Origin: a bacterium | GTDB taxonomy: Bacteria; Krumholzibacteriota; Krumholzibacteriia; LZORAL124-64-63 | Reading direction: 5' to 3' | Length of the DNA: 46,313 bases | Assembly (NCBI GenBank): GCA_031441465.1 | Contig: JANOEP010000058.1 | Span: forward strand, 1 to 46,313 | In this document: in pieces, positions 1-8,396 of the stretch | How the letters are laid out: each line of letters opens with the position of its first letter | Numbering within the stretch: position 1 is the first letter of the stretch | Translations under genes and position numbers: made by a program | The notes under the pieces: model-generated | Told to the model about the DNA's origin: nothing | What the model saw: the letters and a program-made list of their open reading frames with translations, nothing else | Databases searched by the model: none

Positions 1-97
1 GGGCCCCCGCCCCAGGGCGGGCGCGGGCGCCCCCACGTCGAGCCCCCCGGCGGCTGGACGCGCCCGGAGCGCGTCCCCCGCCCCGAAGGAGAAGATC

Positions 98-1381
98 TCA
101 TCCTTTGGCGACAGGCAGCTGGTCCCACCGCGTGGTGTACGCCGGCGACCGCCGCTCCTGCTTCATCCGCCACGCCTTGCGCAGCCCCTCGGCCGCGTAG
201 CGGACCGTGCCGCTCCCCTGGTCGCGGTTCAGGTCGTCCAGGACGTGCATCAGGCGCTGCGAATCCCGCCGCTGCGTCTCGCCGACGGCGCCGAACAGCA
301 CGGTCTGGTCGGCGTCCTCGGGCACCAGGTCCAGCAGCATGACACCGGCCTTGAGGTAGCGGTGGTCGGGCTTCCAGATGCGGTCCAGGGCGTCCATGGC
401 GGCGCGGATCAGCTCGCCGGTGTCCTGGGTGGCCCGCGGCAGCGGCACCGTGGCGGCGTTGCTGTACTGGGGGGTGCGGTGGTCGTGCTCGCTGGTCTGC
501 AGGAAGACGGTGAGGGCCTGGGCGCGGGCGCGGTCCTCGCGCAGCTTCTCCGCGGTGCGCGCGGCGAAGGTGGCGACGGCCTCGCGCATGTCCTCGTAGC
601 GCTCCACGCGCGTGCCGAACGAGCGCGAGGTCAGCACCTGACGGCGCGGCGGCGCGGCTTCTTCGAGGGCGAGGCAGGAGACGCCGCGCAGTTCGTGGAC
701 GATGCGTTCGGCCACGACGCTGCAGCGGCGCCGGACGAGGGAGGGATCGGCGTCGCGCAGGGCCGCCGCGTTGCCGATGCCGAGCTGCTCGAGCTTCTCG
801 GCCCAGCGCTTGCCGATCCCCCACACGTCCCGGACCGCGATCCGCTCCAGGTGCGAATCGATGTGCGGACCAAGCGCGGCGAGGTCCAGCACCCCGCCCG
901 TCTCGGGATTCCGCTTGGCGATGCGGTTGGCGGCCTTGGCCAGCACCTTGGTCGGCCCGATGCCCACCGACACGGGGATGCCGGTGGACCGCCGCACCGC
1001 CAGGGCGAGTTCCTGGGCGTAGGCGCCGAGGTCGCGCCGCGCGTGCCCGGAGAGATCCAGGAAGGCCTCGTCGATGGAGTAGACCTCCAGCGACGGCGTG
1101 AACTCCTGCAGGATGCGCATCACCCGGGCCGACATGTCCCCGTACAGGGCGTAGTTCGAGGAGAACACCTCGACCTTGCGGTGCTGCGCCTGCCGCCGGA
1201 AGCGGAAGAAGGGCGCCCCCATGGGGATGCCCATCGCCTTGGCCTCGTTCGAGCGCGCGATGACGCAGCCGTCGTTGTTCGACAGCACGACGATCGGCCG
1301 GTCGCGCAGACGCGGCTGGAAGACCCGCTCGCACGACGCGTAGAAGTTGTTGCAGTCGACCAGGGCGAACACGCGCGGCAC
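98..1381 (-). CDS. umuC: Y-family DNA polymerase V catalytic subunit UmuC
   Basis: N-terminal LVDCNNFYASCE, VVLSNNDGC, YSIDEAF catalytic motif and C-terminal SPAYTTRW (DUF4113-type tail); lies directly downstream of umuD. Confidence 0.95.
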   Translation of the reverse strand: MPRVFALVDCNNFYASCERVFQPRLRDRPIVVLSNNDGCVIARSNEAKAMGIPMGAPFFRFRRQAQHRKVEVFSSNYALYGDMSARVMRILQEFTPSLEVYSIDEAFLDLSGHARRDLGAYAQELALAVRRSTGIPVSVGIGPTKVLAKAANRIAKRNPETGGVLDLAALGPHIDSHLERIAVRDVWGIGKRWAEKLEQLGIGNAAALRDADPSLVRRRCSVVAERIVHELRGVSCLALEEAAPPRRQVLTSRSFGTRVERYEDMREAVATFAARTAEKLREDRARAQALTVFLQTSEHDHRTPQYSNAATVPLPRATQDTGELIRAAMDALDRIWKPDHRYLKAGVMLLDLVPEDADQTVLFGAVGETQRRDSQRLMHVLDDLNRDQGSGTVRYAAEGLRKAWRMKQERRSPAYTTRWDQLPVAKG

Positions 1382-1396
1382 GTCGGGCCTCCCGTC

Positions 1397-2020
1397 TCAG
1401 ACCTTGTGGATGACGCTGGTGACCACGCCCCAGATCACGAACTCGGTGTCCTGCGTGATCTCGATGGGGGGGAAGTCCGGGTTCTCGGGCATCAGGTAGA
1501 CCCGCGCCCGCTCGGTGCGCAGCCGCTTGACGGTCAGTTCCCCGTCGACCGCCGCCACGACGATCTTGCCGTCGACCGCCTTTTCGGAGCGGTCCACGAC
1601 CAGGATGTCGTCGGGCCGGATCCCCGCCCCGATCATCGACTGCCCCTCGACCCGCACGAAGAAGGTCGCGGCCGGCTTCTTCACGAGGTAGTCGTTGAGG
1701 TCCAGCCGGTTCTCGAGGTGGTCGTCGGCCGGGGACGGGAAGCCCGCCGCCACGCGGTGCGAGAACAGCGGCAGCTCCAGCCGCTCGGCCGCGAAGTCCG
1801 GCACCAGCACGTTGTCGGGCAGCTCCCGACCCTGGGTGTCGGCCGCGCCGTCGACGCGCCGCTGCAGCAGTTCCCGCAGCGGCACGATCAGGCTCGCGGG
1901 CACCCGCACCGGCACGGTGGGCTCGCCGTAGAGGCCGGTGCCGCGGGGGCGGCCGGCGCCGGGGCGGGGGCCGCCGTGAGTGGGGGTGGAACCCATTGAT
2001 TTGTTTGAAGATTTGCGCAT
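1397..2020 (-). CDS. umuD: UmuD / S24 autopeptidase with N-terminal basic GRP-type extension
   Basis: VAAGFPSPADD cleavage-site motif, GQSM (Ser) and LTVKRL (Lys) dyad; ATG at 2020 has GGAGGT just upstream; upstream of umuC. Confidence 0.92.
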   Translation of the reverse strand: MRKSSNKSMGSTPTHGGPRPGAGRPRGTGLYGEPTVPVRVPASLIVPLRELLQRRVDGAADTQGRELPDNVLVPDFAAERLELPLFSHRVAAGFPSPADDHLENRLDLNDYLVKKPAATFFVRVEGQSMIGAGIRPDDILVVDRSEKAVDGKIVVAAVDGELTVKRLRTERARVYLMPENPDFPPIEITQDTEFVIWGVVTSVIHKV

Positions 2021-2055
2021 GGCGACCTCCTGGGCCGGGATGACTTGATATCGGT

Positions 2056-2084
2056 ACTGTAATCGAGATCGAGGGGGGATGCAA
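2056..2084 (-). promoter_or_regulatory. Putative sigma70 promoter of umuDC (TTGCAT-17-TACAGT)
   Basis: Minus strand reads TTGCAT (2084-2079), 17-nt spacer, TACAGT (2061-2056), about 35 nt upstream of the umuD start. Confidence 0.5.
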
Positions 2085-2174
2085 GGGAAAAATGTAGGGG
2101 CGTGCGGGGCGGGTGGCTGCGGTACAATCGGGCGTGGTCGGGACCCGCGGGGGAAGCGGACGGGAGGCGCAACA

Positions 2175-2621
2175 GTGAGCGATGTCATGGCTGCGGTCGT
2201 CGCCAAATTCGACGAGAAATTCGCCCAGTGGCGCATTCGCCTGCCCCGCCGCGACGTCACCCAACGCCGCCAGGGTCGAATTCTCAAGGCCGGCTGGGCG
2301 ATCTGGTACCTGTTCGGCGCCGACGAGCGGGGCGAGTACCTCGATTACTACTCCGCGCACCGCATGTGCGGCGACGACCACACGCGCCTCTACGCCGACG
2401 GCAGCAGCGAGGATCTCGAGATCATCATCCAGTTCCGCCGCTGTTCCCTCGACCCCGCCGAGGACGCCCGCCTGGAGGCCGCTTACTTCGCCGAGAACCA
2501 GCGCATCGCCGCGATGCTGGAGGCCAAGGGTTTCGGTCTGGCCGGCGACGAGCCGGGAGGCGTCCAGATGAACCGCTACCTGCACGTCAACCCGAATGAC
2601 GACCCGCACGGCGACGCCTGA
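2175..2621 (+). CDS. Hypothetical protein (WAIWYLFG...YLDYY..HRM motif)
   Basis: GTG at 2175 preceded by GGAGG; coding-like codon bias; globular aromatic-rich sequence. Confidence 0.7.
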   Translation: MSDVMAAVVAKFDEKFAQWRIRLPRRDVTQRRQGRILKAGWAIWYLFGADERGEYLDYYSAHRMCGDDHTRLYADGSSEDLEIIIQFRRCSLDPAEDARLEAAYFAENQRIAAMLEAKGFGLAGDEPGGVQMNRYLHVNPNDDPHGDA

Positions 2622-2648
2622 CCGGGCATAGCAAGCGACGGGAGCCCC

Positions 2649-3245
2649 ATGACGGACTGCGGCTGCGGCCACGAGGCGACCGAACGGCTCGAGCGCGCGA
2701 CCCTGCGCACGCTGCTGCTGATCAACGCGGCGATGTTCGTCGTGGAGGCCGTCGCCGGCTGGCGGGGCGACTCGACCGGCCTGCTCGCCGACTCGCTCGA
2801 CATGCTCGCCGACGCCCTCGTCTACGGCGTGGCGCTGTTCGCGGTGGGGGCGGCGGCGAAGCGGCAGGTCCGGGCGGCCGCCCTGAGCGGCGTGTTCCAG
2901 GTCGCGCTCGGGATCGGCGTCGTCGGCCAGGTGGCGTGGCGCGCCGCCCACGGCAGCGAGCCCGCCGGTCCGCTGATGATCGCCGTCGGCCTGGTCGCCC
3001 TGGCCGCCAACGTGGCCTGCCTGCGGCTGATCGCCAGGCACCGCGACGGCGGCGTGCACATGCGGGCCTCCTGGATCTTCTCCGCGAACGACGTGATCGC
3101 CAACGCCGGGGTCATCCTGTCGGGCGTGCTGGTGGAACTGCTGGACAGCCGTGTGCCGGATCTGGTCGTCGGGCTGGCGGTGGCGGCGCTGGTGGTGCGC
3201 GGGGGCGTGCGGATCCTGGGGGAGGCGAGGGGGGCGGGGGGATGA
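2649..3245 (+). CDS. Cation diffusion facilitator (CDF/CzcD-like) transporter, short form
   Basis: 5-6 hydrophobic helices, LLADSLDMLAD and FSANDVIAN transport-site motifs, N-terminal CGC. Confidence 0.85.
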   Translation: MTDCGCGHEATERLERATLRTLLLINAAMFVVEAVAGWRGDSTGLLADSLDMLADALVYGVALFAVGAAAKRQVRAAALSGVFQVALGIGVVGQVAWRAAHGSEPAGPLMIAVGLVALAANVACLRLIARHRDGGVHMRASWIFSANDVIANAGVILSGVLVELLDSRVPDLVVGLAVAALVVRGGVRILGEARGAGG

Positions 3246-3294
3246 CCCGCAACCCGCGGATGGTTCATCATGAATCACATCGGGGAGGTCGGCC

Positions 3295-3723
3295 ATGACT
3301 GACGGGAACCGGCTTCGGGCGCCGGGGGCCATACTGGTCTTCGCCCTGCTGCTCGATCTCGCGGGCTGCGCGCCGACCGCCGTCAGGTTGGAAGGGACGA
3401 GGTGGCAGCTCGCCGGTTGGACGCTGAGTTCCCTCGCCGCCGGAGACTACGCGATCACGGCCGAGTTCCGCGACGGCCGCATCGGCGGGCGCAGCGCCGT
3501 CAACACCTACGGCGGTCCCTACAAGGCCGGACCGGGCGACGCCTTCACCGCGGGCCCGCTCGTGGGCACGCTCATGGCGGGGCCGGAGCCGGCGATGCGT
3601 GCCGAGCGCGCCTACCTGGATCTGCTCGGACACGCCAGGTCCTGCCGGATCGAGGACGGCCGACTCACGCTGTGCGACGAGGGCGGGCAGGAGTCGCTGA
3701 TCTTCGAGGCGGCGGGCGAGTAG
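3295..3723 (+). CDS. META-domain (HslJ-like) lipoprotein
   Basis: Lipobox-like LAGC; LEGTRWQL, GG..VNTY.G.Y, TLMAG..PAM..E..YL pattern typical of META domains. Confidence 0.8.
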   Translation: MTDGNRLRAPGAILVFALLLDLAGCAPTAVRLEGTRWQLAGWTLSSLAAGDYAITAEFRDGRIGGRSAVNTYGGPYKAGPGDAFTAGPLVGTLMAGPEPAMRAERAYLDLLGHARSCRIEDGRLTLCDEGGQESLIFEAAGE

Positions 3724-3982
3724 CCGCGCATCGTCTCGCCGCCGCCGCGACGGAGGTCATCGACTTCGACACCTACCCGGACGGCTCGCCGGTCCCCTTG
3801 GCGCCCGTGGCCGCCGTCGCGCAGCCCGTCGCCGGTGACCGGACCCTGACGGATCAATTGACCTTGCTGCGGCAAGCCCCGTCGGGCATCTCCCGCCTCC
3901 GAGAAAACGCCGGGCGGCCCTCCGCCCGGCGCTGTTCTGTCGTCCGCCTGCACGCATCGCGCGCCGCGTCGGCCGGTCATCG

Positions 3983-4552
3983 TTACCGGTATCCTGCCTT
4001 GATCGAACCCCACGACGCCTCTTCCTCGGGGACGACCGGCACGCACTCCGCCGTGACGTTGTCGACCCAGAAACCCCAGTTGGTCAGGCTGGCGCCGGAA
4101 AGGTAGGAACCAGTCACCTCGATCGTGTGCAACCCGCAGGGCGCCGTGAAGCTCAGAGGGATGAAACCGTTCTCGTTTGCGGTGTGGACGTTCGAGTAGA
4201 CCTCGTTGCCGTCGATCTTCACCGCGAACAGGGCGGTCGCTTCGCCGTTCCGCAGGAAATAGTAATCCAGGGCGATCATGCAGTAGCCGTTCTCGAAGCT
4301 GCTGCCGCAGCCGAAGCTCTGCGACACGGACCCGGTCCCCGCTGGCCAGGCGAACATGGGGGGATTGGCGCTGATGCGGGCCGAGTTCGCCGGCGAGCCG
4401 AAGCCGTCCGCGACGACGGTGCCGTAACCGGTCGTGGTGGTGGCCCAGCCCGTCAGGCCGCCGGTGAAGGAACCGTTGGTGACCTGGGCCGTGGCGGCCG
4501 AGGCCAGCAGCCCTAGGACGAGAATGGTCAGGATCAAGTGGCGCATGTTCAT
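3983..4552 (-). CDS. Secreted beta-rich protein with C-terminal SWGSIKAGYR tail
   Basis: Signal peptide (ILTILVLGLLASAATA), VTNGSF carbohydrate-binding-like start, terminal V.P.EE.SWGSIK..YR motif. Confidence 0.75.
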   Translation of the reverse strand: MNMRHLILTILVLGLLASAATAQVTNGSFTGGLTGWATTTTGYGTVVADGFGSPANSARISANPPMFAWPAGTGSVSQSFGCGSSFENGYCMIALDYYFLRNGEATALFAVKIDGNEVYSNVHTANENGFIPLSFTAPCGLHTIEVTGSYLSGASLTNWGFWVDNVTAECVPVVPEEEASWGSIKAGYR

Positions 4553-4733
4553 TCCCTTTCGGATCTGTGCGGCGTGAGCCGCCTGGATGGCATCGGATAA
4601 GTTCGTTCACTAACCCTAGCACGGTTTTGAACGGCCGTGACTAAAATAAACCAATATCATCCTATTTTACCGTCGGCGATCGCGCAACCGGAGTCCCGCG
4701 CTCCCGAATCCCTTGTCCCATCGTCTTTTACAT

Positions 4734-4762
4734 TTCGAAATTCCGCATCCGTACCCTATCAT
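4734..4762 (+). promoter_or_regulatory. Putative promoter of the dsrC-like operon (TTCGAA-17-TATCAT)
   Basis: Hexamers at 4734-4739 and 4757-4762 in an AT-rich intergenic stretch; palindrome ATTTCGAAAT (4732-4741) overlaps the -35. Confidence 0.35.
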
Positions 4763-4831
4763 GGAGGCGATGGCGACCGGACCGCCCGGCCGGGTCGCAG
4801 AGCACGCAACGGGTCCCCGAAAGGGGCAGAC

Positions 4832-5152
4832 ATGCCGACGATCGATTTCGCGGGACGCACGCTGGAAGTCAACGAAGAGGGCTTCCTGGTCCATCCCGAA
4901 GACTGGAACGACGACCTGGCCGTGCACCTGGCCAGGGCCGAAGAAGGTCTCGACACCCTGACCGACGAACACTGGTCGGTGATCAGGTTCATCCGCGGCC
5001 ACTACGAAGAGAAGCAGGGCGCGCCCATGGTGCGCGCGGTCTGCAAGGCCACCGGCCTGCCGCTCAAGCGTGTCTACGAACTGTTCCCCTCGGGGCCCGC
5101 CAAGGGCGCCTGCAAGCTCGCCGGGCTGCCCAAGCCGGACGGCTGCGTGTAG
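4832..5152 (+). CDS. dsrC: DsrC/TusE family sulfur-relay protein with both C-terminal cysteines
   Basis: EEGFL..PEDW, LTDEHWSVI.FIR, ELFPSGPAKGACKLAGLPKPDGCV; C-X10-C-V terminus is diagnostic of DsrC rather than one-Cys TusE. Confidence 0.9.
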   Translation: MPTIDFAGRTLEVNEEGFLVHPEDWNDDLAVHLARAEEGLDTLTDEHWSVIRFIRGHYEEKQGAPMVRAVCKATGLPLKRVYELFPSGPAKGACKLAGLPKPDGCV

Positions 5153-5156
5153 CGCG

Positions 5157-5780
5157 ATGGACGCGCTGCGGATCGGCGTGGTGGTCTGCGGCCTCGGCGC
5201 CGGCGGCGCGCTCGCCCTGCAGGCCGCCCGCGCCCGCGCCTACGGGCGGCGCCCCCTCTACGCGCCGGCGGCGGGCAGCGCCGCGCGCGGCGTGCTCTAC
5301 GCCTTCGGCCCCGGCATGTCGCCGACGGCGAAGGAGAGCACCCGCACCCACCCCTGGGCCTACGCCCTGGGCGTGGCGTACCACCTCGGCGTCTTCGCCG
5401 CCTTCGGCTGCCTCCTGCTGCTGCTGTTCGACGCCGCGCCCGATCCCGCCGGGATCCCGGCGCGCGCGTTCGGCGTGCTGCTGTTCGCCGGCGTGCTCGG
5501 CGGCCTGGGCCTGCTCGTCCGCCGCTACACCACCGCGCACCTGCGCGGCCTCAGCGTCCCCGACGACGCCGTGGCGAACCTGCTGACCACCGGTTTCGTC
5601 GCGCTGGCCGCCGCGCGCCTGCGGTCCCCGGCGGCGGAACCGGCGCTGCTGGCGACGGCGATGCTCCTGCTGTGCTACGTTCCCCTGGGGAAGATCCGGC
5701 ACTGCGTCTTCTTCCTTGTCTCGCGCCGGCACCTCGGCCGGCACTTCGGCCGGCGGGGCACGTTCCCGCTGCGTCACTGA
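5157..5780 (+). CDS. NarI/DsrM/TmcC-like membrane anchor subunit (probable cytochrome b)
   Basis: About 5 TM helices, YHLG in a TM helix and PLGKIRH C-terminal motif typical of nitrate reductase gamma-like subunits; lies between dsrC and the Fe-S CCG gene. Confidence 0.7.
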   Translation: MDALRIGVVVCGLGAGGALALQAARARAYGRRPLYAPAAGSAARGVLYAFGPGMSPTAKESTRTHPWAYALGVAYHLGVFAAFGCLLLLLFDAAPDPAGIPARAFGVLLFAGVLGGLGLLVRRYTTAHLRGLSVPDDAVANLLTTGFVALAAARLRSPAAEPALLATAMLLLCYVPLGKIRHCVFFLVSRRHLGRHFGRRGTFPLRH

Positions 5781-5800
5781 ACCCGGAGGCGCGCGCACCG

Positions 5801-7168
5801 ATGTCCGAGATCGACGCTCTGGAAGCCAGGCTCGCGGCGCTCACCGACGAGGACCTCTCGCGCGGGCTCGACCTGTTCCGCGCGAAGCTGGGCGGGGCCG
5901 AAGCTGCCTACCTGCAGACCTGCGTCCGCTGCGGCCTCTGCGCCGACGCGTGCCACTACCACCGCACCGACCACGAACTCGCGTCGATCCCCGCGCACAA
6001 GCTCGCGCAGGTCGCCGCCGTCTTCCGCGCGCACTTCACGGCCGCCGGCCGCCTGGCCCCCGGCCTGACCGGCGCCCGCCGCTTCGACCGTGACATGGCC
6101 CGCGCCTGGGTCGAGGCGGTGTTCGGCCGCTGCTCGCTGTGCGGCCGCTGCAGCCTGAACTGCACCACCGGCATCCACATCTCGGCCGTCCTGAAGGCGG
6201 CCCGCGGCGCGTTGACCGAGATGGGCCTGATCCCGCCCGACCTGCTGCAGGTGGTCACGACCAGCCTCGAGACCGGCAACAACATGGGGATCTCGCGCGA
6301 CGACTGGCTCGAGACCGTGCAGTGGATCGAGGAGGAGATGCAGCAGGACGTCGGCGATCCCGCCGCCCGCATCCCCGTCGACAAGCAGGGCGCGCGCGTG
6401 CTGTTCACGGTCAACCCCCGCGAGCCGAAGTTCTTCCCCCTGTGCCTGCAGGCCAGCGCCACGGTCTTCCACGCGGCCGGGGAGGACTGGACCGTCGCGA
6501 GCGAGGGCTGGGACCTGACCAACTACGGCCTGTTCAGCGCGAGCCCGGCCCACGGCGGCGCCATCGCCGCCAACCTCATGGCGTCCATGGACCGCCTCGG
6601 CTGCGGGACCCTGGTCATCGGCGAGTGCGGCCACGGCTTCGCCGCCGCCCGCTGGGAGGCGGCCGAGTGGCTGCAGAAGCGCCCGGGCTTCCGGATCGTG
6701 AGCTTCCTGGAATTGATGGAGGAGTACTTCCAGCAGGGCCGCCTGCACGTCGACCCGGCGAAGATCACCGAGCGGGCCACCCTGCACGACCCCTGCAACA
6801 CGGTGCGCCACGGCGGGATCATCGAGCCCCAGCGGGCGATCCTGCGCCGCTGCCTCGCCGACTTCGTCGAGATGACGCCCAACCGGGCCGAGAACTTCTG
6901 CTGCGGTGGCGGGGGCGGGCAGCTCTCGATGAGCCGCTACCGGCAGAAGCGGCTGCAGTCGGGCGGGGTCAAGGCGGAGCAGATCCGCCGCACCGGCGCC
7001 CGCCTCGTGGTGGCCCCCTGCCACAACTGCATCGACCAGCTCATGGAACTCAACCGCGAGTACAAGCTCGGCGTCGTCATCAAGACCGTGGCGGAGGTCG
7101 TGGCCGACGCCTTGGTCCGGACGCCCGCGCAGCCCCTGGAGGAGCATCATGGCACCATCGCCCGATGA
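5801..7168 (+). CDS. DsrK/TmcB/HdrD-like Fe-S oxidoreductase with CCG domain
   Basis: Two ferredoxin motifs (CVRCGLCADAC, CSLCGRCSLNC), ECGH, HDPC, CCGGGGG and CHNC; GGAGG RBS before ATG 5801. Confidence 0.88.
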   Translation: MSEIDALEARLAALTDEDLSRGLDLFRAKLGGAEAAYLQTCVRCGLCADACHYHRTDHELASIPAHKLAQVAAVFRAHFTAAGRLAPGLTGARRFDRDMARAWVEAVFGRCSLCGRCSLNCTTGIHISAVLKAARGALTEMGLIPPDLLQVVTTSLETGNNMGISRDDWLETVQWIEEEMQQDVGDPAARIPVDKQGARVLFTVNPREPKFFPLCLQASATVFHAAGEDWTVASEGWDLTNYGLFSASPAHGGAIAANLMASMDRLGCGTLVIGECGHGFAAARWEAAEWLQKRPGFRIVSFLELMEEYFQQGRLHVDPAKITERATLHDPCNTVRHGGIIEPQRAILRRCLADFVEMTPNRAENFCCGGGGGQLSMSRYRQKRLQSGGVKAEQIRRTGARLVVAPCHNCIDQLMELNREYKLGVVIKTVAEVVADALVRTPAQPLEEHHGTIAR

Positions 7169-8372
7169 ACGCGCCCAGCTGCAATCCGTCGACACCGTGG
7201 GCGCGTCCGGCCTGATCTACCTGGACAACGGCGCCACCTCGTTCCCGAAGCCGGAAGAAGTGTACCGCTACATGGACGCCTTCTACCGGCGTTACGGGGT
7301 CAACCCCGGCCGGTCGGGCTACGACCTGTGCATCGAGTCGGGCGAACTCGTCGAGGACACGCGCCGCCTGCTGGCCGGTTTCTTCGGCGGGAAGCACCCC
7401 GACCGGCTCGTCTTCGGCTACAACGCCACCGACGCGCTGAACCTGGCGATCTACGGGCTGCTCGCCCCGGGCGACCACGCGATCACGACGCACCTGGAGC
7501 ACAACTCCAGCCTGCGCCCCCTCTGGGACCTGCAGCAGCGGGGCGTCGCGGTGGACTGGGTCGACTTCGACGAGCGCGGCTACATCGACCCCGACGCCGT
7601 GATCGCCTTGCTGCGCGCGAACACCCGCGCCGTGGTGATCAACCACGGCTCGAACGTGATCGGCACGGTGCAGCCGGTGCGCGAGATCGGCGCCGCCTGC
7701 CGCGCGCGGGGCATCCCCATGGTCCTGGACGTCTCGCAGACGGCCGGCATGATCCCCCTGGACATCGAGGAACTCGGGGCCGGCGTGCTCTGCTTCACCG
7801 GCCACAAGTCGCTGCTGGGGCCGATGGGCATCGGCGGCATGTACGTCCACGAGGATGTCGACCTGCGCCAGACGCGCGCCGGCGGCACCGGAGTGCGCAG
7901 CGCCCAGCGCCACCACCTCGAGGAGTACCCCTACCGGATGGAGTACGGCACGCCCAACCTGCCGGGCATCGCGGGCCTGAACGCCGGCGTCAAGTGGGTC
8001 CTGGAGCGCGGCGTCGACGAAATCCACCGCCACGAGATGGTCCTCTGGCGCCGGCTGCGCGACGGCCTGCGCCGGATCGACGGCGTGGTCCTGCACTGCC
8101 AGGACACGGAACAGGAGCGCATCAGCGTGCTGTCGTTCAACGTCGACGGGATGGACGCTGCCGACGTCGGCACGATGCTCGACGTCGACCACGACATCGC
8201 CTGCCGCACCGGCCTGCACTGCGCGCCGATGGTCCACGAGCACCTGGGCACGGACAAGATCCACGGCTCGGTCCGCTTCGGGATCGGACCGCTGAACACG
8301 CAGGAGCAGATCGACACGACGATCGCCGCCGTCGGCGAGATTGCGTCGCTGCGCCGGCCGAGGCGCGACTGA
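7149..8372 (+). CDS. PLP-dependent class V aminotransferase, cysteine desulfurase family
   Basis: IYLDNGATSFPKP, EHNS, TGHK (PLP Lys), RTGLHCAP catalytic Cys; overlaps the upstream gene by 20 nt. Confidence 0.9.
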   Translation: MAPSPDERAQLQSVDTVGASGLIYLDNGATSFPKPEEVYRYMDAFYRRYGVNPGRSGYDLCIESGELVEDTRRLLAGFFGGKHPDRLVFGYNATDALNLAIYGLLAPGDHAITTHLEHNSSLRPLWDLQQRGVAVDWVDFDERGYIDPDAVIALLRANTRAVVINHGSNVIGTVQPVREIGAACRARGIPMVLDVSQTAGMIPLDIEELGAGVLCFTGHKSLLGPMGIGGMYVHEDVDLRQTRAGGTGVRSAQRHHLEEYPYRMEYGTPNLPGIAGLNAGVKWVLERGVDEIHRHEMVLWRRLRDGLRRIDGVVLHCQDTEQERISVLSFNVDGMDAADVGTMLDVDHDIACRTGLHCAPMVHEHLGTDKIHGSVRFGIGPLNTQEQIDTTIAAVGEIASLRRPRRD

Positions 8373-8396
8373 CCGCTGCCGCAGGGGTGAGACCTG

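Noticed and set aside
245..1999. 584-aa + strand ORF
   Set aside because: Antisense shadow of umuDC; typical artefact of high-GC codon bias
4832..7168. Calling the organism a sulfate reducer, or the protein a tRNA-thiolation TusE
   Set aside because: No dsrAB/apr/sat and no tusABCD/mnmA in the window; cannot be decided from this sequence
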